Below, piece after piece: positions 53,384-64,000 of a DNA stretch of 64,000 nucleotides. The stretch covers positions 124,001-188,000 of the forward strand of contig NC_047074.1 in NCBI RefSeq assembly GCF_902459465.1, given 5' to 3'. Each line of letters starts with the position of its first letter. Positions within the stretch are counted from its first letter, which is position 1. Under the pieces are notes generated by a model. It was not told where the DNA came from. It saw nothing but the letters and a program-made list of their open reading frames with translations, and did no database searches. Made by a program: the position numbers and the translations under genes. This stretch comes from Asterias rubens (Eukaryota).

Positions 53384-53536
53384 GGGCACCAAGGCATTTT
53401 CACTTGGTAAAGGGCACCCTATGAGGAAATAGTAAGTTTCTACTGGATCATTTCAAGGGCACCAAGGCAATGACCAGGGGGCATGGACGCAATCGTCTCT
53501 GTTACCTCTGTGAGATAATCACTACTATCAGGTCTG
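53352..53536. mobile_element. Small MITE-like insertion overlapping the zinc-finger stop codon
   Basis: Ends CAGGCCTGTATA / TATCAGGTCTG, internal repeats of AAGGGCACC(AAGGC); related fragments near 15614-15690 and 20357-20410. Confidence 0.65.
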
Positions 53537-55143
53537 CAAGTCAATACAACCCGTCAAGCTTTGTTGTTACAAAGGGGGTTGAATCTTGCCCAAAGGTACA
53601 CTTTGTTTTAGATATACAATTTATAAATTTTAAAAACACTGAACATCAAACTACTGGAAAATTGTACATTTATATTTCATTTAAAAAGCAGTATAATACA
53701 AAAACCTACATTTGAATAGACAATCAAATATCACAGAAGTATTGATATTTCAATTGGACCATTGTTATAAACAAGCTGTCAAAAGCTGGCTTATATTTAT
53801 TATTATAAATACCTGTGTTTTTTTTTTTTTTGTAGTACCATTTCTTATCTTGTATTATATATTACAAACAAGATTATTTAAAAAAAAACACTGTTCTTGC
53901 TACTGTTGTTTCAAGGTGTGTTATTTTATGATATAAAGGAATTATAGTACTTGTAGCTTTTTTTAAGTAATATTATTGCCAAGCATTATTGGGCATTTTT
54001 TACGTTAAACTTGTTAGCAAATTGGGTTTTGTTCACTGAGATTGTTAATCTGTCGTTCTTCCTTGAAACCCAACAGGGGAAATGAAGGAAGATTCTACTA
54101 CAGCTGGGTCCATTGGATTTAGGTCTTGCCTACACACACCATAAAAGTAATGCCATTATATGTTGCAACCCGTGTTAAGTCCGAAATGACAAATGACTCA
54201 TAAAGTGTGTCATTTTGTATTGAAGGAATGTAAACAAAAACTCACTATGCATTTTTTTTTTTTTTTTTTTTTTGTGTAAACCAAAACCAAGTATATATTT
54301 GTATGAAGTTAGTGCATGATACATGTGATGTATTGAATGATAAACATGTTTATTAATTTTTATTTTTTATTTGAGTGTATATTCATTCAAGTGTTAGAGT
54401 CATTAAAAATATATCAACAACTAAACTTGGTCTCAAACTGTTAAATCATTTATTTCTTTACAGTATAATTTATATTATTATAAAGTATTCTGATAAAAAT
54501 GATGTTGCTACTCACCTGTTCATCGGTTCTCTACCTGTCTGTGTGGGTGCAATACACTATATCACAGCCTACGGTTCTTTACCTCAATGTTTGAGGAGAC
54601 TTTGGTTAAATTTAGGTTTCAAAGTTGGTCCCAATAACCTTGAGAGGAAATGGAAGAAGGGATGTGCATAATTATATGCAGCAAATCGATTTGTGTTTGG
54701 GGAAAAAAGTTTATTTTCAGGGGGTACTACTTTCTGGGGGTAGCAACAAGTCCAAACGGCTGACCTGCCAAAAATTGAAAAGAAATCTGCAGATAGGTTG
54801 TCATAAAACAAATTGGATTGTTTTTTAAGAGGCTGGCAGACTGAAGTAGTATTTGTATTATAGTGTTTGGAATATTAAGCATTTATTAGCGATTGGTGCA
54901 AAGGAGTTTAGTGGGTGCACCCCCGTGCTGTGTGTCCAGTGTTTTAGTCGAGCGCCCTCACTCGGCGCTTTTAGTGTTGACATAGGTCGAGTCGACCAAT
55001 CAATTGATCTAAAAATCAACTGATCGAAATGTCAGAATTGAAAAAAAGAGCATCGACAACTTGCTCTTTGTTTGTCAACGCGCAACCAAATTGGCTAATT
55101 AATACTGGGTAAGTTTTTAGTTTTCAGAGGGAAGGTGTAGGAT

Positions 55144-55267
55144 AACTTTCCGTATGGCGCCACCACTTTTTCACTCATTTTTACAAAAAGGGATATATCA
55201 ATCAGGTAAATTAGATACTATATTGTTTTATTTCGAATGAAAAAGTGGTGGTGCCATACGGAAACTT
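55144..55267. mobile_element. Small MITE (GCCACCACTTTTTCA family), copy 3, best preserved
   Basis: TTTCCGTATGGCGCCACCACTTTTTCA / TGAAAAAGTGGTGGTGCCATACGGAAA. Confidence 0.88.
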
Positions 55268-55425
55268 TTCCAATTGAAACAGTATTGTTTACACTATGAC
55301 TATTAATAATTATTATTGATTTTCTTTTGGTTGTTTTTTTGTTATCCTTTGTTTTTGAGTAACATTTCTTACAACATTTTTTCTATTTTATTTACATGTT
55401 TCAATTTATGCAGAGGGATTTTTCG

Positions 55426-56340
55426 ATGATGGAAACTTCAGCATCTTCAATCCAAGACTCTCTGATCTTCAAGCAACATGACCTCATCACTTGTGACTCC
55501 AAACATGGGGGGAGCAATGATCAAACTGAGTGTGAACAACACTCGAACAGTAACTCTCAAAACAAGCAGCAACTGAAGAAAAACCAAAAGAAATTTGCCT
55601 GTAGCTTTTGCAACAAACAATTCACACGTAGAGGCAATCTGAAGCAGCATTTTAGAACTCACACTGGAGAGCAGCCATTTGTTTGCGAGATATGCGGAAG
55701 ATCATTCTCACAAAAGCAGAGTTTAAAACGTCACCAAACTGGTCATATTGAAGAAAAACCCTTCGAATGTGACATTTGTGGGAAATTTTTTCCAAACGAA
55801 CAAAAACTCAAAGGACATCGAAAGCTTCACACCGACGTAGAAGTTTGGGTTTGTGACATCTGCGGAAAATCATTCGCTCGACAAAGTCGCCTAAAATGTC
55901 ATCAAAGAGTCCATACTGGTGAAAGACCATTTCCTTGTGAAATTTGTGGTAAATCTTTTGCCTTGAAAAGAAACCTCAAGGACCATGGAACGATACATTC
56001 TGGCAACAAACCATTTGTTTGTGATAAATGCGGCAAGGCATTTTCCCGAAACAACAAATTACGAGAGCATCAACTAATCCACAATGGAGAGAAGTTATTT
56101 GTTTGTGGAACATGCGGTAAATCCTTCAAAGTAAGATATTACTTAAGGCGACATCATCTCTCAATACACCCGGAGGATAAACCTTTTTTTTGTAAAGAGT
56201 GTGGCAAATCATTTGCAGAAAACTATAATCTAAGACTGCATCAGAAAGTTCATGATTCTGCATTTGACAGGAGAAACTTGTTTGCCCAATTTTTGTTAAC
56301 TATTTCTCCAAGAAAAACAGCCCAAGAACATGCAGAATAA
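55426..56340 (+). CDS. C2H2 zinc-finger protein, 8 fingers, 304 aa, paralog of the upstream gene
   Basis: Acceptor TTTATGCAG at 55413, ATG at 55426, non-coding exon ending TGG|GTAAGT at 55108. Last three fingers and tail align with the upstream gene. Confidence 0.9.
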   Translation: MMETSASSIQDSLIFKQHDLITCDSKHGGSNDQTECEQHSNSNSQNKQQLKKNQKKFACSFCNKQFTRRGNLKQHFRTHTGEQPFVCEICGRSFSQKQSLKRHQTGHIEEKPFECDICGKFFPNEQKLKGHRKLHTDVEVWVCDICGKSFARQSRLKCHQRVHTGERPFPCEICGKSFALKRNLKDHGTIHSGNKPFVCDKCGKAFSRNNKLREHQLIHNGEKLFVCGTCGKSFKVRYYLRRHHLSIHPEDKPFFCKECGKSFAENYNLRLHQKVHDSAFDRRNLFAQFLLTISPRKTAQEHAE

Positions 56341-57575
56341 TCTTCATATGATTATCTTTGTGAACATGTTTTGCTAGTAACATTACATGTAACAAACAAT
56401 AATCACCGAAAGTCTACATCCTGTTAAAACATGTAGCTGCCTGTATATAGTGTATAAAATAAATAATTTACTGTGCACTTTATTTTTTTAGAAACTTACA
56501 ATGGGTCATAACTAATTGCAAGATTGTTGGCTTCATTGTATAGAAACGAATACATACCAACTACTCAAGTAAAATCTGGCAATGATCCAAACTTAAAAAT
56601 GGTGGCTTTGGGGAAGAATACAGTATCATGAACTTGAAGTTCTTGAAAATTAAAAATGTTGTGTCTAGCTTGCCGAGTTTAACGTTTTACAAAATCCTGC
56701 GAATTATATCTGCTTTGCAAATAAATAAAACCTTTGTAAAATAAATAATTAAGAAGTTTACAAGTGTAATTTTTTTGCCCCCGATTTGTCTCCAATAGGT
56801 CAAAAAATCTTGAGTCCAGTAACTTCATAGAATGTTTTTTTTATTTTCTCTAAAACAATGTTGACAAACAGAGAATGTTGTCAACCAGAAAACTAAATAC
56901 ATAAATTACTAATTTACCAAAAAAGGGAGGATGGGGGTAATCTTTTACTGTGTGAAAACAGTTTTAATGTTTCGCCAAATAAAAGGGCACACTTTGCCAA
57001 GCCTATTTAAATACATACTTTAGCTACTCGGGGCCCCTTCGGTGCAAAATTGGTGATCAATGTTTGTAAACAACTAATTATTTTATAAAGTGGGCGGGGT
57101 CGGGTGTGTTTTGTGGTTTGTCGTCTAGCGCCCTCACTTGATAGTTTTCTTTGTTAGACTGGTGCAGTGAAGTACTTGCAAAGTCAGTGACGTCTACCTG
57201 TTTACGCTTGTATTATTGTTGTACGGGCGTTCTGACCGTAGAGTTCATGATTTGCTGGGAGTAAATTTCAAGTAAAAAATCATTTTCTTGAGACTCACGA
57301 CTAGTCAGATGGCAATGTGATCGTTTGTATTTTACATCACGGTAAGTATTACAAGTAAGTGGTACAGTGATCACTTTTTCAAATGAAATGAATCAATGTT
57401 TGTTGTACATCCTTTTTGTAGACTCTTTTAGTTTTTTAGTTTTTCTTAGCCCTAATATTTCTTTTTCTTATTTTGGGGGCGGGGTCTGGCTATAAAAAAT
57501 AAAAAACATTAAGGGGGTAAACTAGCGACAGGGACCATCACAGGGTCGGGAGGAGGAGTGTTACGATCTTCGGGA

Positions 57576-57730
57576 AAATGTACGTATGCTGCCACTACTT
57601 TTTCATTTGTTATGAAATAAATTAGTATCTCATTTACTCAAGTGAGATTTTGCTTTTGTTTTGTTGGAAGTTTTGGTAAACCATGGTAAAAATTAGTGAA
57701 AAGGTGGTGGCACTGGCATGGTACAGAAAT
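57576..57730. mobile_element. Small MITE (GCCACCACTTTTTCA family), degenerate copy 4
   Basis: CGTATGCTGCCACTACTTTTTCA ... TGAAAAGGTGGTGGCAC. Confidence 0.6.
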
Positions 57731-57893
57731 CTATTCAAGTTCAATCAAGTTAGTTATGACTTGAATTTGAAAACAAACGAACACAAATCTCACAATTTTC
57801 TTGACTTACTATTAATTTTGGTGTACTTTATTATAAAAGTAAAACCTGATCTTCAATTTAATTTTTGTTGAATCCTTTGCAGATATAAACAAA

Positions 57894-57992
57894 ATGACGG
57901 TATTTAACCTCTACATCTTTGACCGTAACGGTGTGTGTTTGTTCTACCAGGAATGGAATCGGCATAAACACTCTGGGCTATCTCAGGAAGAG
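57894..57992 (+). CDS. TRAPPC1: TRAPP subunit 1 (Bet5), coding exon 1
   Basis: MTVFNLYIFDRNGVCLFYQEW matches recalled human MTVHNLYLFDRNGVCLHYSEW. Upstream non-coding exon ends ACG|GTAAGT at 57341. Confidence 0.95.
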
Positions 57993-58275
57993 GTTTGTTT
58001 ACATCAAAATACTGTCAACATTTTACTCTGTTCAAATACAAAAATCTTCTGAAAATGCGCTAATTATTAATTGAATAGATAGAGTATTTTAATTGTTTAG
58101 AAAACTTATGATGATGAATACAGCCTAACAGTCTCTAAAGGTGACAGGCCAGTCCATGTATTTCACGGCAGGAGGAGGGACCGCGGTGAGGAGGGCTACG
58201 TTATTGCAACTTCATGTCTCCAATTAAATCCAATTCAAAGCTTTTAATGTTGTATCTGTCTTTCTCTTCTCATAG

Positions 58276-58346
58276 GAGTTTAAGTTGATGTATGGAATGA
58301 TATTCTCCATCAAGTCATTTGTCAGTCGCATGGCACCGGTGGATTT
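58276..58346 (+). CDS. TRAPPC1: TRAPPC1 coding exon 2
   Basis: EFKLMYGMIFSIKSFVSRMAPVD, followed by the U12-type donor GTATCCTTT. Confidence 0.95.
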
Positions 58347-58820
58347 GTATCCTTTTTAACCAAACCAGTAACTGGTTCTCAGCTCAATCAATTATAATTT
58401 TATAACGACACCAAACCCAACCCTGAATTCTTAGGACAGTTCTCAGTCTTATTGAGTAGTAAGTTGAAACTTTTCATGGGGTGAGTATAATTAGGTGAGG
58501 TTTGTGTTAGCGGCATGTGTAAATCTCTTTTGAGAAGTGTTGGTTCTCAAAAGAATCGGTGTTTGACAACCCAAAGTTTCGATCAGTATGACCTGATTGT
58601 CTTCAGGATAAAAGTCTTATTGAATAAAGCAAAATCAACTCTTTTGATGAATTTAGGGTCACCATCTGAGAAGGATGTAATTTTACTTTAAAATTAAAAC
58701 CATGGATGTAATGTAAGGGTATCGATAAATTGATTTCCTGCTTTGGGATTAAAGGGCATTCTATTCTAAGTACAACTTTCCCATTATGATTCCTTAACTG
58801 CTTGTTTTTACCATTCTCAG
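58347..58820 (+). other. U12-type (minor spliceosome) GT-AG intron
   Basis: 5' site GTATCCTTT and branch point TTCCTTAAC at 58790-58798, about 22 nt before the AG; both exact consensus. Confidence 0.93.
58456..58612 (-). mobile_element. Short retroposon with hammerhead-like core, copy C, with 11-bp target-site duplication
   Basis: Minus strand CTGAAGA-CA-ATCAG-GTCATA-CTGAT-C-GAAAC. AGTCTTATTGA flanks it at 58445-58455 and 58613-58623. Confidence 0.8.
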
Positions 58821-58959
58821 CAAGGATGGGTTTACAAGTTTCTGTACCAGCGCATACAAACTACACTTCCATGAGACAGCAAGTGGTCTGAAGTTTGTAA
58901 TGAATACAAGCCTTAATGTGATATCAATTAAAGATGAACTTCAATATATCTACAGTGCA
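58821..58959 (+). CDS. TRAPPC1: TRAPPC1 coding exon 3
   Basis: KDGFTSFCTSAYKLHFHETASGLKFVMNT; donor |GTAAGT. Confidence 0.95.
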
Positions 58960-59287
58960 GTAAGTTGAAAATATTTAGGAATAAACATCAAAATTTTGTT
59001 ATTATCTGAAGGTTCAACAAGGTTCAGTATGTTTTATTTTTGAAACCATTAAGAGGGGTGGGGGGACACCCATTGGACATGCTAAACCATTGATTTGTTA
59101 CTTATGTTACTTGTAGTCAAGACATAGACCTGTAGTGCCCATCTTCTCTCATTCAACATCCACTGCAAGGGGGTACCATGTCAATCAATGACAAAGTACA
59201 TATATCTATAAGTTGCATATTCAGTAACAGTTTTACAGAAAATGAAACTAGCTGTATGAAATAAACTTCTATTCTGTTTTGTTGCAG

Positions 59288-59413
59288 CTGTTTGTTGAAC
59301 ATGTTGTGAGGAATCCTCTAAGCAAACTTGGCCAACCAATCGACAGTCATATCTTCAAGACCAAACTAGACAGCTACATCAGAGGTCTACCGTTCTTTAT
59401 AAGATCAACATGA
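59288..59413 (+). CDS. TRAPPC1: TRAPPC1 last exon
   Basis: LFVEHVVRNPL...KLDSYIRGLPFF then TGA; 144 aa in total. Confidence 0.95.
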   Translation: MFVEHVVRNPLSKLGQPIDSHIFKTKLDSYIRGLPFFIRST

Positions 59414-60779
59414 AATCTTTTTGCAAAAACCCGGGATACATAAACAATTAGCAGAAAGGGGTAGAAAGGAGACTAGGTAGGTGAGGCAGATACAATTATT
59501 ATTTCTTGTTTTTATAAACATTTTACTGATTGACTCTAAGACGTTTTATTCACAGCCTCACTCTGCCAGCTGTCAAATGAAACTGGTTTTAAGAATTATC
59601 TATAAACAAAAAGTAAACTTGTTTTTTTCATTCTGTCCATTTCCATACAGTACATAATACAGATATTGATAATAAAATGATAACATTTGTTTAACATTTC
59701 ATAGAAATCAAATTATCCTTGTTCTAACAGGCATGATATTCTTCCTACTTCAGTTTGATTTCTGATTTTCTTAGCCTTTGTTAAAATTCAGAAAAATTAT
59801 GATTACAAAGTCTGAAATGTCTATTTAAAGCCTAAACCATGAGTATAATATGTAGGCTAGCCCTGGTACTCAACAACATTTTCTTATTTTGTTCCCAAAG
59901 AAGAAGTATCATGCCTGGTTCTAACCCCATTTAATTCTAAATAGCGCCCTCTAGTTGTGAAGCATGATGTTTATTCATATACTTTGCCTTTCTCATAAGG
60001 CACATTGAACTTGCTGTTTACAAAGCCGCTTGTGTATCTAGTTTACTAGTCCTGAGTTACCCATAAGTCCCATATTTAGTCATTCATAATGTGGAGAATT
60101 AAATTGTGAGATATGGCCGTATAAGCTTGCCCCTTTGTATTTTCTTCATAATAGTGCAGCGGCTGCAGCCATATTGTTTTTCTTCAAATCAAATCAGTGT
60201 CACCAAACAGTGGCTTGAATGAAAAACAGTCTTTCTATATAAATGAACCCCCTGTGATTTAGCTCTTCGTGTTTACAAGACCCAGTTTCCAACAAAATCA
60301 ATACTATTTTTGAACATCCAGTGACATTGTTACAAACTGTGGCTATCTGTTTTTACTTTGCATCTATGGCTTCCCATAGTTGACCAACCTTGGTTGTCAA
60401 CAACTTGGACTGTGATGTTACAATAGAAAGGTCTATAATTATTTCAGAAGATACTAACCGTACAATGTATTTATAAATAAATAAGAAACTGGTTATCAGA
60501 AATCACTCAGTGCAATACCAAAAGAATTGGGTTAAAATTTAAAAGAGATAGGGACAGGACCTGGGCTTGCTCTTTGGCCTGATGTATTGTCAAACTAAAC
60601 TAGACATCGGTGGGTATAGGATATAAACTTGTCGGATCAGTGTTTATTTACTGAGTTGTGTCTTTGTATTGTCTTAATTCAACTTCAAGTTTAACAACCA
60701 TTTTATTAAAATGACTAAATACTAATGAAATGAATGCAAAGTTTTTGTTTCATTCATTGCATGACTTTTTGCCATCGGT

Positions 60780-60842
60780 GTTTGTTTGTCTGGCTCATTG
60801 CTTGTTTGTTTGTTGGGTGTTTGTTTGTTTGTTTGTTTGTTT
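60780..60842. repeat. (GTTT)n simple repeat
   Basis: Direct reading; interrupted. Confidence 0.85.
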
Positions 60843-61840
60843 TGAAGGGTTATTTGATGGTTTTGATTTACCTTGAAACTTTGATGCAAAAACAAGAGTT
60901 GGAAATGTATACCACTTTTGACACTTGTATGACAACAATTGGGGTTTTAAAGGAACATTATAAACCGAATTCCAAACTAATGGTGCATCATCAGAAAGAT
61001 TAAATTAATTTAAAAAGGTTCAATTAAATTGACGGAAATTTTGTGAATCTCGATGTATAGAAAACATCTATTATCTCCTATTAATAGATACTTCACAAAT
61101 GATACACTAATATTCACAAAGCGTTATTAATAATCAATACATGCAGCAGGCGACCTTTGGGTTTACCATCGCCAGGCGTGTCTCGTGGACTATGCACGAG
61201 TCACGTGTCTAGGAATAATATACGTGCGTTGCATGCAGCAGGCGTTTCATCCGCATGGTAAAAGGGGAAATGTTTTTAGCGCCAGAAATGTCATTAACTG
61301 TATGTATCTGCTGGTACATTCATTTGCAGCTGATATTGGGTTTCGGTAAATTTGCAGATTTGGATGAATTTAGCAGTTTCGGTTTGTTGAGATTACATTT
61401 TGATTCGTACTGATTGCTTTTATTTCTGAGCGCTCTGGACAAAGTATTTATTGGTCCAGATAGTGACAGTTTTTTATCGTACACTTTTAGAAAGCGCGGT
61501 ATAAAACAACATCTCATTTTGAATGAAGGAAAATGGCGAGTAAAGTTGACAGTTTATCTACATATTATTATTATGTTTTCTGTGTAATTCTGCTATGTTC
61601 ACGGTGAGTAACTCTGCAAATACAGTGGAGTAAATTTATTACCGTCTTGTGGTGCTTTCCCTTCTCTGGTTTATCTCTCGACGGAACGCGGTGGTATTTA
61701 CTCAAGGGGAAGGAAACAAGAAGTTGCAGTAGATCCGGATTCAGATATCTCCAATTTAAACTACGACAGTTTGAAGCGAAATACGTCGATAATTGTGCTT
61801 TAACTTTAAGTCGGGAGTTACTTTAACGAAATCAAGCATC

Positions 61841-62231
61841 ATGTTCACATCGAAATCTCCTGAGATCATGACGCTGCCTGCTCCTGGGAGCGAATCAGGA
61901 GCGACCCAGCAGTCACCCGATACCAAGCCCACTGAAGTATGGGACGCACAGGCGCAAAGATGGGTTGAAATCCAACAGAAAACATTCATGAATTGGTGTA
62001 ACGAACAACTCAAACCGACCGGGAAACGCATCGAGAACTTCCGGACGGATCTTGAAGATGGGTTGGTCTTGATAGCCTTGGTTGAACAGCTGACATCTTC
62101 AACTGGCGGGGCACTTTATAAGAGACAAGGTCGCTATTGTAAGTACCCAAAGATGAGAGCCCAGAAACTGGAGAATGTCACCCATGCATTGCAGATGATT
62201 GAGAAAGAAGGGATCAAACTCGTTAACATCG
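61841..62231 (+). CDS. Filamin-family actin-binding protein, first coding exon (CH1 domain); gene continues beyond the window
   Basis: WVEIQQKTFMNWCNEQLK, TDLEDGLVLIALVEQL, QKLENVTHALQMIEKEGIKLVNIG; donor G|GTAAGT. Confidence 0.9.
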
Positions 62232-64000
62232 GTAAGTATGCATAGCCAAAGTTTTGTTGTAGTTCCTCACGTTGGTTAACTTCCTAACCCCTCCTCCATT
62301 TTTATTTTATTTATTTGTCACAAGTAGCAACATTTCATGAAACAAAATTGATATTTTGGCTTGAAAAGGGAGGCAGTAATTTACTAAATATTGCACACTT
62401 TTCCGTTGACGGTGTGACACTAGAAACCATGGAAACGGAGGAGTACAGCCTGAGCTTAGTAACTTACCAGTATTAAATTGTCACCCTAATTTTATCTTTC
62501 CAATTAATACTCGGTCTATCTACATATCGTCAGCCATTATTTAGCCTTCTGCATAAAGTGCAGAGTTAACCCTACAAACAGTTAAGTGGACTTTAATACA
62601 ACGGACAATGACGATGTCGATTTTGGCTTCTGATGTCAATACATATGTTGACTTTAGAAGATCAACTAAACTCCATTTATTATTTCATATCACTCTGTCT
62701 GCATGATCATGATGCTGATTAAACAATTTATATGCAATCATACAGTTCTCATCTACTGGGAGTTCTCAGAATACTACAAATATAATTTATATCTTGGTTG
62801 TTTTGTTTTATTTTATTTTAAAAGACAGTGCATCCATGGTGAAGAATATGAGGTATAGTGCCATCATGTATTAAATGGGTCTAATCTTTTGCCATTCGTA
62901 CTGTACGGTTATATTAACATTTCCCCCAAAAGACACATCTTAAACCCTGCAACTGCAATAGATAGTAGACACACAAACAACAAAAGCCCCTAAAAAACTT
63001 CCAAACTTATATCGTGCTATCAATCATTCAGCAGCATTAAAAAACATGCAGAGCTATTATAAGCCAACTTTGTGAATGCAAGGATTTAAAATCATATATG
63101 CAAACCGAAGAAAAAATTGTTCTAAATAAACAAAAAGTAGAAATTTGTGAAAGGAAGTTTACCAATTTCCAATTAAAGAGCTCAAGGCCAACTACAACAA
63201 CTCCAGAAAAATGGATTTAAGCAAAAATTTGCAAAATGTAATGACTCAGTAAATACTCATCAGCACTCTGCAACAAGTATTATTTGTAAACAATCATGAC
63301 ATTGCCCAATCTGCTTAATTCAAAGGGATAAATTTGAACTGTTCCATGATTTCATCACATCTTATAGTGTCTGAATACATTGTACATGCCATCTGTTATT
63401 GATATAATAACTGTGAATAATACCCACGTATTGATTGTTTAAATCATAACAGCTTTTACAGCTTTCTATGCACCATGACCTTCAATATTCACTGTAAATT
63501 TGCATTCTGCTATTCATGAATAATGCAACAATTGTTTGTTTAGGTTGTTGCTTTCTAAGTACACCACAGACTGCAAGGGTAATTAAAATAATTATGTGAG
63601 CTTGCAACGATCACCTTGTTTATTTTTGTCTCTGATATTTTTGTACAGGGGAGGCACATAACAGTGTGTCTGTGTTTGTTTAACAGTACAGACAAAATAA
63701 TAAGGACACAGCACAAAGTTATAATTAATAGGCTATTGTATGGAAAGATAGATGATTATGTCCAAAGATATATATTCTGTTACCATGGGATTGAGTTTGT
63801 GAATAGTCATTAATGTAACCCTCTGTTATCTGATTTAAGTCTTTTTCACTCATTCCCAAGTACTTCTCTGTTTTACTTGACGGTAAAATTAATCCATTGG
63901 TTGTCATTATCCTGTAGCTATCTGTAAAGTCCTCTTTGTCATCCCAAATACTTTTGTTTTACTTGAATATATAAATATTAAATCCACTGTTTCTCCTGAT

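Noticed and set aside
62232-64000. Further filamin exons
   Set aside because: Acceptor-like sites near 63650 and 63918 do not give CH-domain sequence.

Overview
AT-rich animal genomic DNA, probably an invertebrate deuterostome such as a sea star (inferred from gene set and repeats, not verified). Nothing prokaryotic and no CRISPR array. Genes were assembled by hand from splice signals and reading frame: (1) 5' end of a discs-large (Dlg/SAP97) gene on the minus strand, three L27-domain exons from 41358 down to 20457, the rest running off the left edge, with candidate alternative first exons in its long introns; (2) TMEM126, head-to-head with Dlg; (3) a complete 6-exon, 507-aa clan-2 cytochrome P450; (4) two tandem paralogous C2H2 zinc-finger genes (14 and 8 fingers); (5) TRAPPC1/Bet5 with a U12-type intron; (6) the first coding exon of a filamin-like protein. 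Introns hold several MITE families, a hAT-like element, a tRNA-derived SINE, minisatellites, and a dispersed ~160-200 bp retroposon family carrying a hammerhead ribozyme core (CTGAAGA...GAAAC), one copy with an 11-bp target-site duplication. Best leads: that element family, the Dlg-TMEM126 pairing that mirrors human DLG2-TMEM126B, the U12 intron, a MITE supplying a zinc-finger C-terminus, and a duplicated splice acceptor in the P450. No searches were run; family calls rest on recalled motifs.
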